Below, in pieces: positions 9,738 through 18,263 of a stretch of 64,000 nucleotides of DNA. The stretch is from an uncultured Gammaproteobacteria bacterium (GTDB taxonomy: Bacteria > Patescibacteriota > Patescibacteriia > UBA9934). A model generated the notes under the pieces. The model was given only the letters and a program-made list of their open reading frames with translations. It was not told the DNA's origin and did not search any database. The stretch's first letter is position 1. Every line of letters begins with the position of its first letter. The position numbers and the translations under genes were made by a program. The stretch lies in NCBI GenBank assembly GCA_964599455.1, contig CAZREA010000002.1, positions 51,810 to 115,809 of the forward strand, given 5' to 3'.

Positions 9738-10118
9738 ATGAAATCCTCCATCACCCACTACAACAAGCTCATCCGTGACAATATTCCTGCAAAGATGGAC
9801 AAAAAAGGTATTGGATATGAGGCACGAAAATTGTCGGCTAAAGAATATGAACAGGAACTTTTGAAAAAAGTCAGCGAAGAAGCAAGCGGTGTCGCACAGG
9901 CAAAAACGAAAAGCGAGATTATCGCTGAGCTCGCCGATCTTTTGGACGTCATCGACGAAGTGAAGCGCTTAAAAAATATTAAGCCGAGCGAGCTCAAGAA
10001 CGCACAAAAAGAAAATACCAAACGCAAAGGTGGATTCAAGAAGCGTCTTTTCTTACTCTGGTCATCCAATGCAGATGGCTATAAAACAAATAAGAAGACG
10101 AGTACAAAAAAGAAATAA
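9738..10118 (+). CDS. MazG-like all-alpha nucleoside triphosphate pyrophosphohydrolase
   Basis: HYNKLIRDNIP...EELLKKV...EIIAELADLLDVIDEV...KRKGGF matches the small house-cleaning NTP-PPase family (YNKLVRDKIP / EELADILEV / ERGGF). Confidence 0.7.
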   Translation: MKSSITHYNKLIRDNIPAKMDKKGIGYEARKLSAKEYEQELLKKVSEEASGVAQAKTKSEIIAELADLLDVIDEVKRLKNIKPSELKNAQKENTKRKGGFKKRLFLLWSSNADGYKTNKKTSTKKK

Positions 10119-10122
10119 GAAA

Positions 10123-10155
10123 AGACTCCTCGCATATCACGAGGAGTTTTTTTAT
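10123..10155. terminator. bidirectional rho-independent terminator
   Basis: actcctcg-catatca-cgaggagt stem with TTTTTTT on the plus strand and an A-run (T-run in reverse) on the other side; sits between convergent genes. Confidence 0.7.
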
Positions 10156-10421
10156 TCACGATCTCTTGTTCGAACAATTTCAATAACCTTTTTAATCCCG
10201 TCAGCAATACCGGATACCATGGCCAAATTACCATCAAATTTTCGTTTCATGGAAAGCACCGCATCCTCAAGTTCAAAAACCTTTTGCTTTACCTCATCAA
10301 CCAGTCCGTGCACATGACGAATAAGAACCGCGGCTTGATACATGAGCCAGCACAGGAATGCCGTAAACCACAGCGCGCAGAAAGCGAGGACGATGAATAA
10401 GATGTCGCGGGATTCGAGCAT
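10152..10421 (-). CDS. small membrane protein (DUF948-like)
   Basis: 89 aa; N-terminal TM (ILFIVLAFCALWFTAFLCWLMY) followed by a coiled-coil segment. Confidence 0.4.
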   Translation of the reverse strand: MLESRDILFIVLAFCALWFTAFLCWLMYQAAVLIRHVHGLVDEVKQKVFELEDAVLSMKRKFDGNLAMVSGIADGIKKVIEIVRTRDRE

Positions 10422-10575
10422 AGGGAAAAATGGATATTACGGATTGAGGCGGATAGAAACGGATGTGAGAAGGCTTCTAAGAAAATGATAACATGAAAAG
10501 AAAGGCTCAGCAGAACAGATGCCTCCTGACGCTTGCCCTGAGCAACTGCGAAGGGTCGGGATGACAAACGAATCT

Positions 10576-13038
10576 CTACCCCCTCACCTCAGCGTCAAAC
10601 TTCACTTTCATCGCTTCCAGGATACCGCGAATCGTTGTCTCTACTTCTTCTGAGGTAAGCGTTCGGTCAGATGTACCAAAAGTGAACGAGAAGGTCAGGC
10701 TCTTTTGTCCATCCGTAACTCCTTTTCCGCGATAGATTTCGATAAGATCAACATCTCGCACGAGTGGCTGTTTCTGCAAAAGCGTGATGATGTCGGCGTA
10801 CTCAATGCGTTCAGGCAAAGCAAATGAAAGGTCGCGTTGCACCGTTGGAAAGGCAGAAACAGGAGCATATGAACGCCGCTGTTTCATGAACGGAATACAA
10901 CGTTCGATATCCAACACACAGGCAAACACCGGGCGCACAATACCAAATGCATCTTGGTTGGCTAATGCAACTTGTCCGATGAAACCGATCTCCGTTTTTT
11001 CATTTCCTAATTGCGCAATGATTTTTGCCGATCGGCCTGGATGCCAAGGAAGTTGATCGGCTATGCGTTCAAGCGATATTCGCAAACCTGTCCTTTGCGC
11101 AACAACACTCAACGCTCCACGGATACGACGAAACGCTTGTTCAGGATCTTTAGCACCATACGTTGCAAACACAAGCTGCATGCGCTCGTCGGGAATATCG
11201 TTTTCGCGATAAAGATAGATACGAGAGAGCTCAAATACATCCGCAGCTGCTTCGACCATTTCATTCTTGACAATATCGCGCAACACAGACGGCATCAGGC
11301 TAGTACGCAAATAACCCAAATCTTCCGACAACGGGTTCCAAACTTTGATCGCTTCAACGGGAGATAAACCGTAGCGTTCAAGATCTTTCGCCTCAATAAA
11401 AGAGTATCCGAAAAATTCCGTGAATCCTTCTTCGGCAAGCATGCGCTTTATCCGCCCTTCCCATACGAGCGACACATCATCGACATATGCTGGCGGTGGT
11501 GCAGTCGGCAATTCACACGGCATGTGGTGATAGCCATACATGCGAGCGACCTCCTCAGTGAGATCTACCTCGTGTTCGATATCATGATCGCGCCAATACG
11601 GAACAGTAGCGGTCACACGAGATCCATTCACTGAAAGAATAAAACCAAGACGTTCAAGGATCTTCTTCATCTCATCATCTGAAATACTCACTCCAATACG
11701 ATCACAGATCTTTTTAAACAATACCGGGTACGATTGCGTTTTATATGCAGCTGCTCGAACATCAATCGGAGCACTTGCAAGCCTACCGCCCGCGATTTCG
11801 GTTGCGAGTTTGACCGCATACGCAAGCGCAGCCGGAAGCGCTTCGGTTGAGAGTCCTTTTTCAAATAATAACTGTGAATCAGAATAAAGATTCAGTTCAC
11901 GTGCGGTCTTGCGAACGGAAACCGGCTCGAATGTCGCCGCTTCAAACACCACGATGCTCGTCGCATCAGTCGTGCCGCTTTCCTGTCCGCCCATAACTCC
12001 AGCGACGGCAATGGGCTTGTCAGCATCGGCAATCACCAAATGCTTAGTTTGCAATTGATAGGTCTTGCCATCAAGTGCAACGAGAGATTCACCTTTTTGT
12101 GCTTTGCGCACAATAATTTGCTTGCCAGAGAGTTTCTCGCCATCAAAAGCGTGCAAAGGCTGACCGAATTCGTGCAAAACAAGATTCGTAATATCGACAA
12201 TATTGTTGATGGGTCGATGTCCGGCCATGAGGAGTTTTTTTTGCAGCCACCATGGAGATGGACCGACTTTAACCCCTTCAACCACAGCAGCCATGTAGCG
12301 TGGGCAGAGTTTGGGATCTTGGATGGTAACGGATAGTGACGGATTGGCAACGGATGGGACGGACCCTCCTACGCTCTCACCAGCACTTGAGCTTCGGAGG
12401 GCAGGTAAAACGGATTGCGGATCTTGTTGCAAAAGATGCGCCTGATATGTCCCCGATACCGCTGCAGCGCATTCTCGAGCAAGACCGGCGATGCCCATGC
12501 AGTCTGGACGATTCGTTGTTACTTCGATATCAAAAATGACATCATCAAGCTCAAGCGCTTGAGCAATTGGGGTTCCAGCCGCAGCATTGGTGAGCGTTGT
12601 CAGATCCCAAATTTCTCTTTCAGCGCACGCAAGTTTTTCAAATCCCACTTCAACGGAAGCACAAATCATACCTACGCTTTTCACGCCACGGATCTCAGTC
12701 TCGGCGAGTTCAACGAGATCGCCTTCGCCATGCCATTTCACTTTTGATCTGGGAAGTGCAACAAAAACTCTTTGTCCTTCGTATAAATTTGTTCCTCCAC
12801 ACACAATTTCAACCGTCTTCTCGCCAATATCAGTAACGGCAATACGCAACTTGTTTGCATTAGGATGTGCTTTCAGTTCCTTAATAACACCCACGACCAT
12901 GTGCGCAAATCGCTCAGCGACGTTGTCGATATGTTCTACCGACATCGACCGAAGACTGACTTCTTTGGCGAAGTCTTGCGGCGAGAGATCGGTTTGAAGG
13001 TATTCTTTTAACCAAGAGTAAGAAGCGAGGATGTTCAT
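10576..13038 (-). CDS. pheT: phenylalanine--tRNA ligase beta subunit
   Basis: 820 aa; tRNA-binding N-terminus, B3/4, B5 and FDX-ACB domains. Contains an in-frame ~95-bp insertion element encoding ALRSSSAGESVGGSVPSVANPSLSV. Confidence 0.95.
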   Translation of the reverse strand: MNILASYSWLKEYLQTDLSPQDFAKEVSLRSMSVEHIDNVAERFAHMVVGVIKELKAHPNANKLRIAVTDIGEKTVEIVCGGTNLYEGQRVFVALPRSKVKWHGEGDLVELAETEIRGVKSVGMICASVEVGFEKLACAEREIWDLTTLTNAAAGTPIAQALELDDVIFDIEVTTNRPDCMGIAGLARECAAAVSGTYQAHLLQQDPQSVLPALRSSSAGESVGGSVPSVANPSLSVTIQDPKLCPRYMAAVVEGVKVGPSPWWLQKKLLMAGHRPINNIVDITNLVLHEFGQPLHAFDGEKLSGKQIIVRKAQKGESLVALDGKTYQLQTKHLVIADADKPIAVAGVMGGQESGTTDATSIVVFEAATFEPVSVRKTARELNLYSDSQLLFEKGLSTEALPAALAYAVKLATEIAGGRLASAPIDVRAAAYKTQSYPVLFKKICDRIGVSISDDEMKKILERLGFILSVNGSRVTATVPYWRDHDIEHEVDLTEEVARMYGYHHMPCELPTAPPPAYVDDVSLVWEGRIKRMLAEEGFTEFFGYSFIEAKDLERYGLSPVEAIKVWNPLSEDLGYLRTSLMPSVLRDIVKNEMVEAAADVFELSRIYLYRENDIPDERMQLVFATYGAKDPEQAFRRIRGALSVVAQRTGLRISLERIADQLPWHPGRSAKIIAQLGNEKTEIGFIGQVALANQDAFGIVRPVFACVLDIERCIPFMKQRRSYAPVSAFPTVQRDLSFALPERIEYADIITLLQKQPLVRDVDLIEIYRGKGVTDGQKSLTFSFTFGTSDRTLTSEEVETTIRGILEAMKVKFDAEVRG
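12326..12420. repeat. RPE-like palindromic element, copy 1, in frame inside pheT
   Basis: aacggat direct repeats, then gaccctcc...ggagggca inverted arms; homologous copies at 20036-20125 and 56483-56576. Confidence 0.7.
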
Positions 13039-13039
13039 A

Positions 13040-14116
13040 CTAAAACTGTTTCAGGAACCGCAAATCATTGCGATACAAAATACGAATATCATCAACATTC
13101 ACACCACTCTTCATCATAAGTGTCCGTTCAACGCCCCAACCAAAGGCAAAGCCGTTGTACTTTTTAGGATCAAGTCCGCCCGCTTTGAGCACGTTGGGGT
13201 GGACCATACCGGCGCCGCCAAGTTCGAGCCAGCCACCTTTGCAAAGTTTACATTTCACACCTTTCACAAATCCTTCCCCTTTGCAAACATCGCAGGAAAT
13301 ATCGAGCTCGAAGCTTGGTTCGGTAAAGCGAAAATGATAGGGGCGTAAACGGGTTTTGGTTTTTTCTCCAAAAAACCGCTTCACAAAGAAATCGAAAACG
13401 CCACGTAATTGGGTAACCGTTACTTTCTCATCAATCATTAATCCCTCAAATTGATGAAACATAGGAAGATGACGAGCAGTTGCTTGCCGACGGTAACACT
13501 TTCCAATCGAAATCATACGAATGGGCATACGTTCTTTTTCCATTTCTCGAACCTGACCATTACTCGTGTGCGGCGTGAGAACAATCTTCCCCTTTGCACC
13601 GGTCATGACTTTTCCGTGATGATCATCGATAAAAAACGTTTCCCAATCATCGCGCGCCGGATGTTCTTTTGGCATGTTGAGTGACTCGAAGGCGTAGTAA
13701 TCCCAATCAACTTCCGGATGACGAGAACGAACAAATCCCAATTTATAAAAAATAGAAGAAATCTCTTCAATTGCTTGAGAGGTGAGGTGGAGATGGCCGT
13801 TTTGTGATGGTGCAGGTGGTAACGTCACATCAAGCCATTCGCTCGCAGCAAGATCGGGAGATTGACCGGCAAGTAAACGAGCTTTGGCCGCTTCATACGC
13901 ACCTTCGAGGCCAGCTTTGAGGGCATTTGCTTTTGGCCCCGCAATGCGCTTTTGCTCGGGAGTAAGTGCACCAAGAATACCCATCGCATCAGCAAGTTTA
14001 CCCTTGCGCCCCATGTAAGAAATACGAAGCTCCTCCAATGCTTCAGATGAGGTTACATCAGCAAATTGGGCAATTGCCTCTTTTTCAAGAAGCTCCCAGG
14101 TGTGCAAATAATCCAT
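13040..14116 (-). CDS. pheS: phenylalanine--tRNA ligase alpha subunit
   Basis: Class II aaRS motifs (FRFTEPSFE, GWLELGGAGMVHPNVL, GFAFGWGVERTLMM). Confidence 0.95.
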   Translation of the reverse strand: MDYLHTWELLEKEAIAQFADVTSSEALEELRISYMGRKGKLADAMGILGALTPEQKRIAGPKANALKAGLEGAYEAAKARLLAGQSPDLAASEWLDVTLPPAPSQNGHLHLTSQAIEEISSIFYKLGFVRSRHPEVDWDYYAFESLNMPKEHPARDDWETFFIDDHHGKVMTGAKGKIVLTPHTSNGQVREMEKERMPIRMISIGKCYRRQATARHLPMFHQFEGLMIDEKVTVTQLRGVFDFFVKRFFGEKTKTRLRPYHFRFTEPSFELDISCDVCKGEGFVKGVKCKLCKGGWLELGGAGMVHPNVLKAGGLDPKKYNGFAFGWGVERTLMMKSGVNVDDIRILYRNDLRFLKQF

Positions 14117-14117
14117 A

Positions 14118-15209
14118 CTACATGACTAAGCGAACGATATCGCGATAGGTTACCAATACCACAATCAGCAACAGCAAGGCAAAACCCGCAGCATGGACGG
14201 TATGTTCAATTTTGGCAGTGAGTGGTTTGCGGCGAATGGCTTCGATGAGAAGGAAGACCACGCGACCGCCATCAAGCGCCGGGAACGGCAAAATGTTCAA
14301 CACCGCCAAATTCACCGACAACATCGCCGCGAATTGCAACAAATGAATCCAGCCTAAATCGAGAATTTGTCCTGTCAGTGCTGCAATTCCAACCGGGCCA
14401 GAGAGTTGTGCGGCAACATCTTTCTTTTCTAACAATCCGGTGAGAAGTCCCCAAAAACCCGAAACGACACCTGCAGTCATGCCGATAGTCGTTTGCGCAC
14501 CCTTTACGGGAGCAAGATACCAGGGATAGCGAATACTTCCCGTTTCGACCAATGCCACGCCCACTCCTTCGTGCTGCAATTCTTCGAGCATGGCAGGCGT
14601 TACATTTATCGTCTTTGTATCTTCACCACGAAGAATGACAAATTCAATCGGCGAGCCGTCGATATTCGGTGAAAGCGCCGCACGCGCATCTTGTCCGGAC
14701 GTAAATTCCTGACCATCAATACGCACTACCTTATCGCCGGCCAATAATCCCTCGGTTGCTGCAGGAGAATTTTTCAGAACTTCAACGATATGAATGGCGC
14801 GATCACTCACGATGGCACCATCCTCTACCCCATCTTCCAATAACGATGGCAAACCGATACCAAATCCAACCGTAAACAATACCCAGGCCAAAATGAGGTT
14901 CATGACCACACCACCCACCAACACACCGAAACGCCATGGAATACTCTTGGTCGCAAACGATCCCGCCGAGAATCGATCTGTTTCATCAGGACCTTCTCCT
15001 TTAATACGCACAAAACCACCAAGCGGAATAGCATTTACCGACCACAACGTGCCATTTTTATCTTTTTTACCAAAAATCTTCGGCGGAAATCCGATCCCAA
15101 ACTCTTCAACCGTCATCCCGGCTTTGCGAGCCATGAAGTAATGGCCGAATTCGTGACCAACGACAAGAACGGAGAGGATAAAAAGAAAGACGAGGATGGT
15201 GAGCAACAT
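14118..15209 (-). CDS. rseP: RIP metalloprotease RseP (site-2 protease, M50)
   Basis: HEFGHYF motif in TM1, a PDZ domain, and LDGG in the last TM. Confidence 0.9.
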   Translation of the reverse strand: MLLTILVFLFILSVLVVGHEFGHYFMARKAGMTVEEFGIGFPPKIFGKKDKNGTLWSVNAIPLGGFVRIKGEGPDETDRFSAGSFATKSIPWRFGVLVGGVVMNLILAWVLFTVGFGIGLPSLLEDGVEDGAIVSDRAIHIVEVLKNSPAATEGLLAGDKVVRIDGQEFTSGQDARAALSPNIDGSPIEFVILRGEDTKTINVTPAMLEELQHEGVGVALVETGSIRYPWYLAPVKGAQTTIGMTAGVVSGFWGLLTGLLEKKDVAAQLSGPVGIAALTGQILDLGWIHLLQFAAMLSVNLAVLNILPFPALDGGRVVFLLIEAIRRKPLTAKIEHTVHAAGFALLLLIVVLVTYRDIVRLVM

Positions 15210-15250
15210 ATAGATAAAATAATATCAGGAAAACAGTAGCATTCACAAAT

Positions 15251-16243
15251 TCATAATCCTTTCGTAAGGTTCATACCGCTTGTGATATGACGAATGGTCG
15301 AGGTGAGCCTGTAGGCATTCGCATAAGTACAAAGACCTAAATAAGAGCTCACATTCTTTTTCGTCACTCGTCGAACCATCCTGTGCGCAGTATCAGGACG
15401 TATGATCGTTGCATAGGGGAGAAGAATATAACCAAGGAAGTCAAAACCCTGCGTCCAGGTACGAACATGTATTTTATCTGGATGTAATTCGATCTTGAGA
15501 TTCTTACGAAGAAAAGCATCGACCTGCCCTGCTAATGCAAATCCTTTCTTTCGAGAAGAGGTGAGCATAATAAAATCGTCACAATAACGAAGATACTGTT
15601 TTACTCTGAGCGTTTGTTTTACATACCAATCAAGCTCGTGAAGATATACATTGGCAAATAATTGACTCGTAAGGTTGCCAAGAGGAATTCCTGTTCCGGG
15701 CGACACGGAAAAACTTGTAACGATATTACGCAGTAATGTCATTACGCGCGGGTCCGATATCCGTTTGGAGAGAAGCTGGAGCAGAATGACATGATTGATT
15801 GACGCAAAAAATTTTCGTACGTCACACTTTATCGCATGTATGGTTTTTGTATTGTTCTTTGATGTTTGGTGAGCGAACTTTCGCAACCTTCGTACTGCAG
15901 CATGAGTACCCTTACCAACTCTACACGAATAGCTGTCATGAATAAACCGTTCCTCAAATAACGGTTCGATAACATTGACAATGGCCTGATGAACAACTCT
16001 ATCCTTTACCTCTGCTTTATGGATTATCCGCTCCTTTGGGTCGTGAATGGAAAAGGCTTGATAAGGGCGGTGGCGATAGCTACCCGAAATAAGCTCTTCT
16101 CGTATTGCAAAAAGGTTGTCCTCAAGCCTCCGTTCGAATACCATGACGTCTTCACGAGTCCGCTTACCTTTACGAAAACGTTCCCACGCCAAAAGCAGAT
16201 TCTCAATCGATGCCAAGTGCTCGAATACATCGTTATTCCCCAT
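15251..16243 (-). CDS. diversity-generating retroelement (DGR) reverse transcriptase
   Basis: RT motifs: SYSCRVGKGTHAAV (motif 2), KCDVRKFFASINH (motif A), LGNLTSQLFANVYL (the DGR-type IGxxxSQ motif B'), and RYCDDFIML (YxDD). At 330 aa it is the size of bRT. TR/VR repeats lie adjacent. Confidence 0.85.
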   Translation of the reverse strand: MGNNDVFEHLASIENLLLAWERFRKGKRTREDVMVFERRLEDNLFAIREELISGSYRHRPYQAFSIHDPKERIIHKAEVKDRVVHQAIVNVIEPLFEERFIHDSYSCRVGKGTHAAVRRLRKFAHQTSKNNTKTIHAIKCDVRKFFASINHVILLQLLSKRISDPRVMTLLRNIVTSFSVSPGTGIPLGNLTSQLFANVYLHELDWYVKQTLRVKQYLRYCDDFIMLTSSRKKGFALAGQVDAFLRKNLKIELHPDKIHVRTWTQGFDFLGYILLPYATIIRPDTAHRMVRRVTKKNVSSYLGLCTYANAYRLTSTIRHITSGMNLTKGL

Positions 16244-16265
16244 TCTATGAATGACACTATTTTCT

Positions 16266-16275
16266 CCCCCCCCCC
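16266..16275. repeat. C10 homopolymeric tract in the 56-bp RT/avd divergent intergenic region
   Basis: ctcccccccccccaggc; a slipped-strand-prone tract positioned where divergent promoters would lie. Confidence 0.6.
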
Positions 16276-16299
16276 AGGCTTAACCGAGAAGAGCGACAA

Positions 16300-16656
16300 T
16301 TGCTCCGCGGAGGTCCCGGCGATATTCCCATCGTTCATACGCTCTATGACACCTATGTTTTATGGAATGAAGTGTTAGAAAAGTTTCCTAAACTGCAACG
16401 TTACACGCTCGGTGAAAACTGTTCGCGATACTTACTCTGTACCCTCGAGCTTCTTCTCGCTGCCGCAACATTAGCAAGCCAAACAGAGAAATTGATAAAA
16501 CTGAAAGAAGCAAGCGCGAAGATTGATACCGTGAAACTCCTTGTACGACTCTGTAAAGATTGTAAATGCATAACCAATATCCACTATCTCAAAACCGAAT
16601 CCAAACTTATTGATATAGGAAAGATGTTGGGAGGATGGATAAAATCTGCAGGATAA
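16300..16656 (+). CDS. avd: Avd-like accessory protein (four-helix-bundle family), encoded opposite to RT and TR
   Basis: FPKLQRYTLGENCSRYLLCTLELLLAAATLA and a C-terminal IDIGKMLGGWIKS resemble the four-helix-bundle/Avd family (BPP-1 Avd ends VGRILGSWIARV). The minus strand has no ORF of 60 aa or more here. Start codon uncertain. Confidence 0.6.
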   Translation: MLRGGPGDIPIVHTLYDTYVLWNEVLEKFPKLQRYTLGENCSRYLLCTLELLLAAATLASQTEKLIKLKEASAKIDTVKLLVRLCKDCKCITNIHYLKTESKLIDIGKMLGGWIKSAG

Positions 16657-16658
16657 GA

Positions 16659-16690
16659 GAAGGAGCGCCTTTCGGCGCTCCTTTGCCTTG
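16659..16690. terminator. perfect hairpin between avd (+) and TR (-), putative bidirectional terminator
   Basis: aggagcgcc-tttc-ggcgctcct with T-rich flanks. Confidence 0.5.
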
Positions 16691-16696
16691 ATGAGA

Positions 16697-16832
16697 ACTC
16701 CCGAGGGGAGGGACGGAGTAACCGGGGTTGTCGTTGCTCCGCCAATTGGCGTTCAGCTTGACCTTACCGGAATCGGTGTTGCGGTTCACAACCACCACGT
16801 TCTGCCACTCCTCGTTATCATTCTCGGGGACG
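16697..16832 (-). repeat. DGR template repeat (TR)
   Basis: 136 bp, about 88% identical to 17280-17415. All 16 mismatches are T in this copy on the plus strand, i.e. A on the minus (sense) strand. The in-frame TR translation (NDNEEWQNVVVVNRNTDSGKVKLNANWRSNDNPGYSVPPLG) is rich in AAC/AAT Asn codons. Confidence 0.85.
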
Positions 16833-17279
16833 CCTCCCTTTACATCCCATTCTTCCAGGCCACCGGGTACAGACGCATCCAAGGCCAGCCGAATCTCCAG
16901 ACCCCTGGCTCGTACTGACCGTACCCTGAATTTTATGCGGAACCTGTCGCCGAATACAGGCTGGTTCCAAAATGGAATGCGGAGTGCTCGTCAATCCGCG
17001 CCGCACGCTCCGGCATTCAAGGGAAAACGGGATTCCGACGGCATATTGGGACTGCAAGAGATTTCGGCGATCCACCTTCGCCAAGGCTACGGTGGACGCA
17101 CTGGCCTACTTTCCGCTCACAGTTTACCAAAAAGTTGGACAAATAGAAGAGCGGCACCTGGGGAATACCGTCCTTCGTAGGAGGCAAAAACCAGATGCCG
17201 CGAGTCCGCTGCGCGGACGGACGGCCAAGGGACAAATCCCAAGGCCTCCGAGCGCCAAGCGTTCAAGTGCCGAGTATCA

Positions 17280-17415
17280 CTACCCGAGGGGAGGGACGGA
17301 GTAACCGGGGCGGTCGTCGCTCCGCCAACTGGCGAACAGCCTGACCTCACCGGAACCGGTGTGGCGGAGCACAACCACCACGCTCTGCCACTCCTCGCCA
17401 CCATTCTCGGGGACG
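17280..17415 (-). repeat. DGR variable repeat (VR) at the 3' end of the target gene
   Basis: Counterpart of the TR; VR carries C/G/A wherever TR has A (sense strand). It ends exactly at the target-gene stop codon (TAA, 17280-17282). The identical 28-nt GC-rich 3' segment cccgaggggagggacggagtaaccgggg is initiation-of-mutagenic-homing (IMH)-like. Confidence 0.85.
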
Positions 17416-18212
17416 TTAGCCTCATAGCCAGCGCAGTACCAGGCACAGGTCTTGTCGTAGTCGATGACGCCCACCCGCTTCGGGAACAACCACGCGAGCA
17501 CCAGGCCTTCGTCCGCGAGGGACTGGGCATTGCGCACCGACGTGACGTCTTTTCGCTTGCGGTTGGCCGAGAGGTCATTGATGATGACCCACTCGACGAC
17601 CGCGTGGTGTGTCTCATTGCCGTTGAGGAGCCGAAGGCGCTCCACGTCCTCGCCCTGATAAGGCATCGGCTTGGAGTGCAGCAGCTCCCAGCGCCAGTGC
17701 TTGGGGTGGACACGACGCATCGCTTCCCAGTGACGCTCGAAGGTAAGGTACACGCCCTCCGTGCCCTCGCCCCAGCGGATGCGGAGGCTGCGAAACGCAT
17801 CCTTGCCCTTGGGCCAGGCGGGAGCAGTATCGGCGAGCCGGAAGAACACGTCTTCAGTGATACCCCAGTTACCGGCCTCGTTCTGGGCACGAAGGGCGGC
17901 GAGCTGCTCGTCCACCGTCTGCTCGAATGGGTTGGCGTCGGCCTTCTGGTTCGCGGCCTCCACCACGAACTTCATCAGCTCGTCGTCGCCGAGAAGCTTG
18001 AGGAAGAGGGCCATGGAGCCGCCGAAGCGGAAGAAACGGCCGAAGAACTCATCGGCCTGACGGAGAAACACGTTCATCACGCACCTCGAAGCCATCTCTG
18101 ACCAGCCCACAGGAACGCGGCATGCGCCCCATGAACCCTGCCTCTGTTTATTGAGAATGGCGGTTTGGAGCCAAAAAAGCCACAAAACGCCATGCTCAAC
18201 TACGAGAAACAA
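17280..18212 (-). CDS. DGR target protein (variable C-terminus), GC-rich
   Basis: 310-aa ORF at about 60% GC whose last ~45 codons are the VR (…NGGEEWQSVVVVLRHTGSGEVRLFASWRSDDRPGYSVPPLG). N-terminal start uncertain; no obvious signal peptide; fold not recognised. Confidence 0.7.
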   Translation of the reverse strand: MFLVVEHGVLWLFWLQTAILNKQRQGSWGACRVPVGWSEMASRCVMNVFLRQADEFFGRFFRFGGSMALFLKLLGDDELMKFVVEAANQKADANPFEQTVDEQLAALRAQNEAGNWGITEDVFFRLADTAPAWPKGKDAFRSLRIRWGEGTEGVYLTFERHWEAMRRVHPKHWRWELLHSKPMPYQGEDVERLRLLNGNETHHAVVEWVIINDLSANRKRKDVTSVRNAQSLADEGLVLAWLFPKRVGVIDYDKTCAWYCAGYEANVPENGGEEWQSVVVVLRHTGSGEVRLFASWRSDDRPGYSVPPLG

Positions 18213-18263
18213 GGGGTAATAATAACAAAAAAAAGCAAAAAAGTCAACGAACGTGACTGAAAT

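Noticed and set aside
12345-12352. Shared 8-mer gggacgga between the RPE-like element and the DGR IMH-like segment (possible link between the two systems)
   Set aside because: An 8-mer match is expected by chance in 64 kb on both strands, and there is no further similarity.
16607-16882. 91-aa minus-strand ORF
   Set aside because: This is the DGR template repeat read in frame (a decayed duplicate of the target C-terminus), not an independent gene.
17361-18101. 246-aa plus-strand ORF, and other long ORFs (16728-17180, 17117-17890) in the DGR region
   Set aside because: They are antisense to, or overlap, the GC-rich target gene and spacer. High GC suppresses stop codons. The minus-strand ORF is the one that carries the VR at its 3' end.
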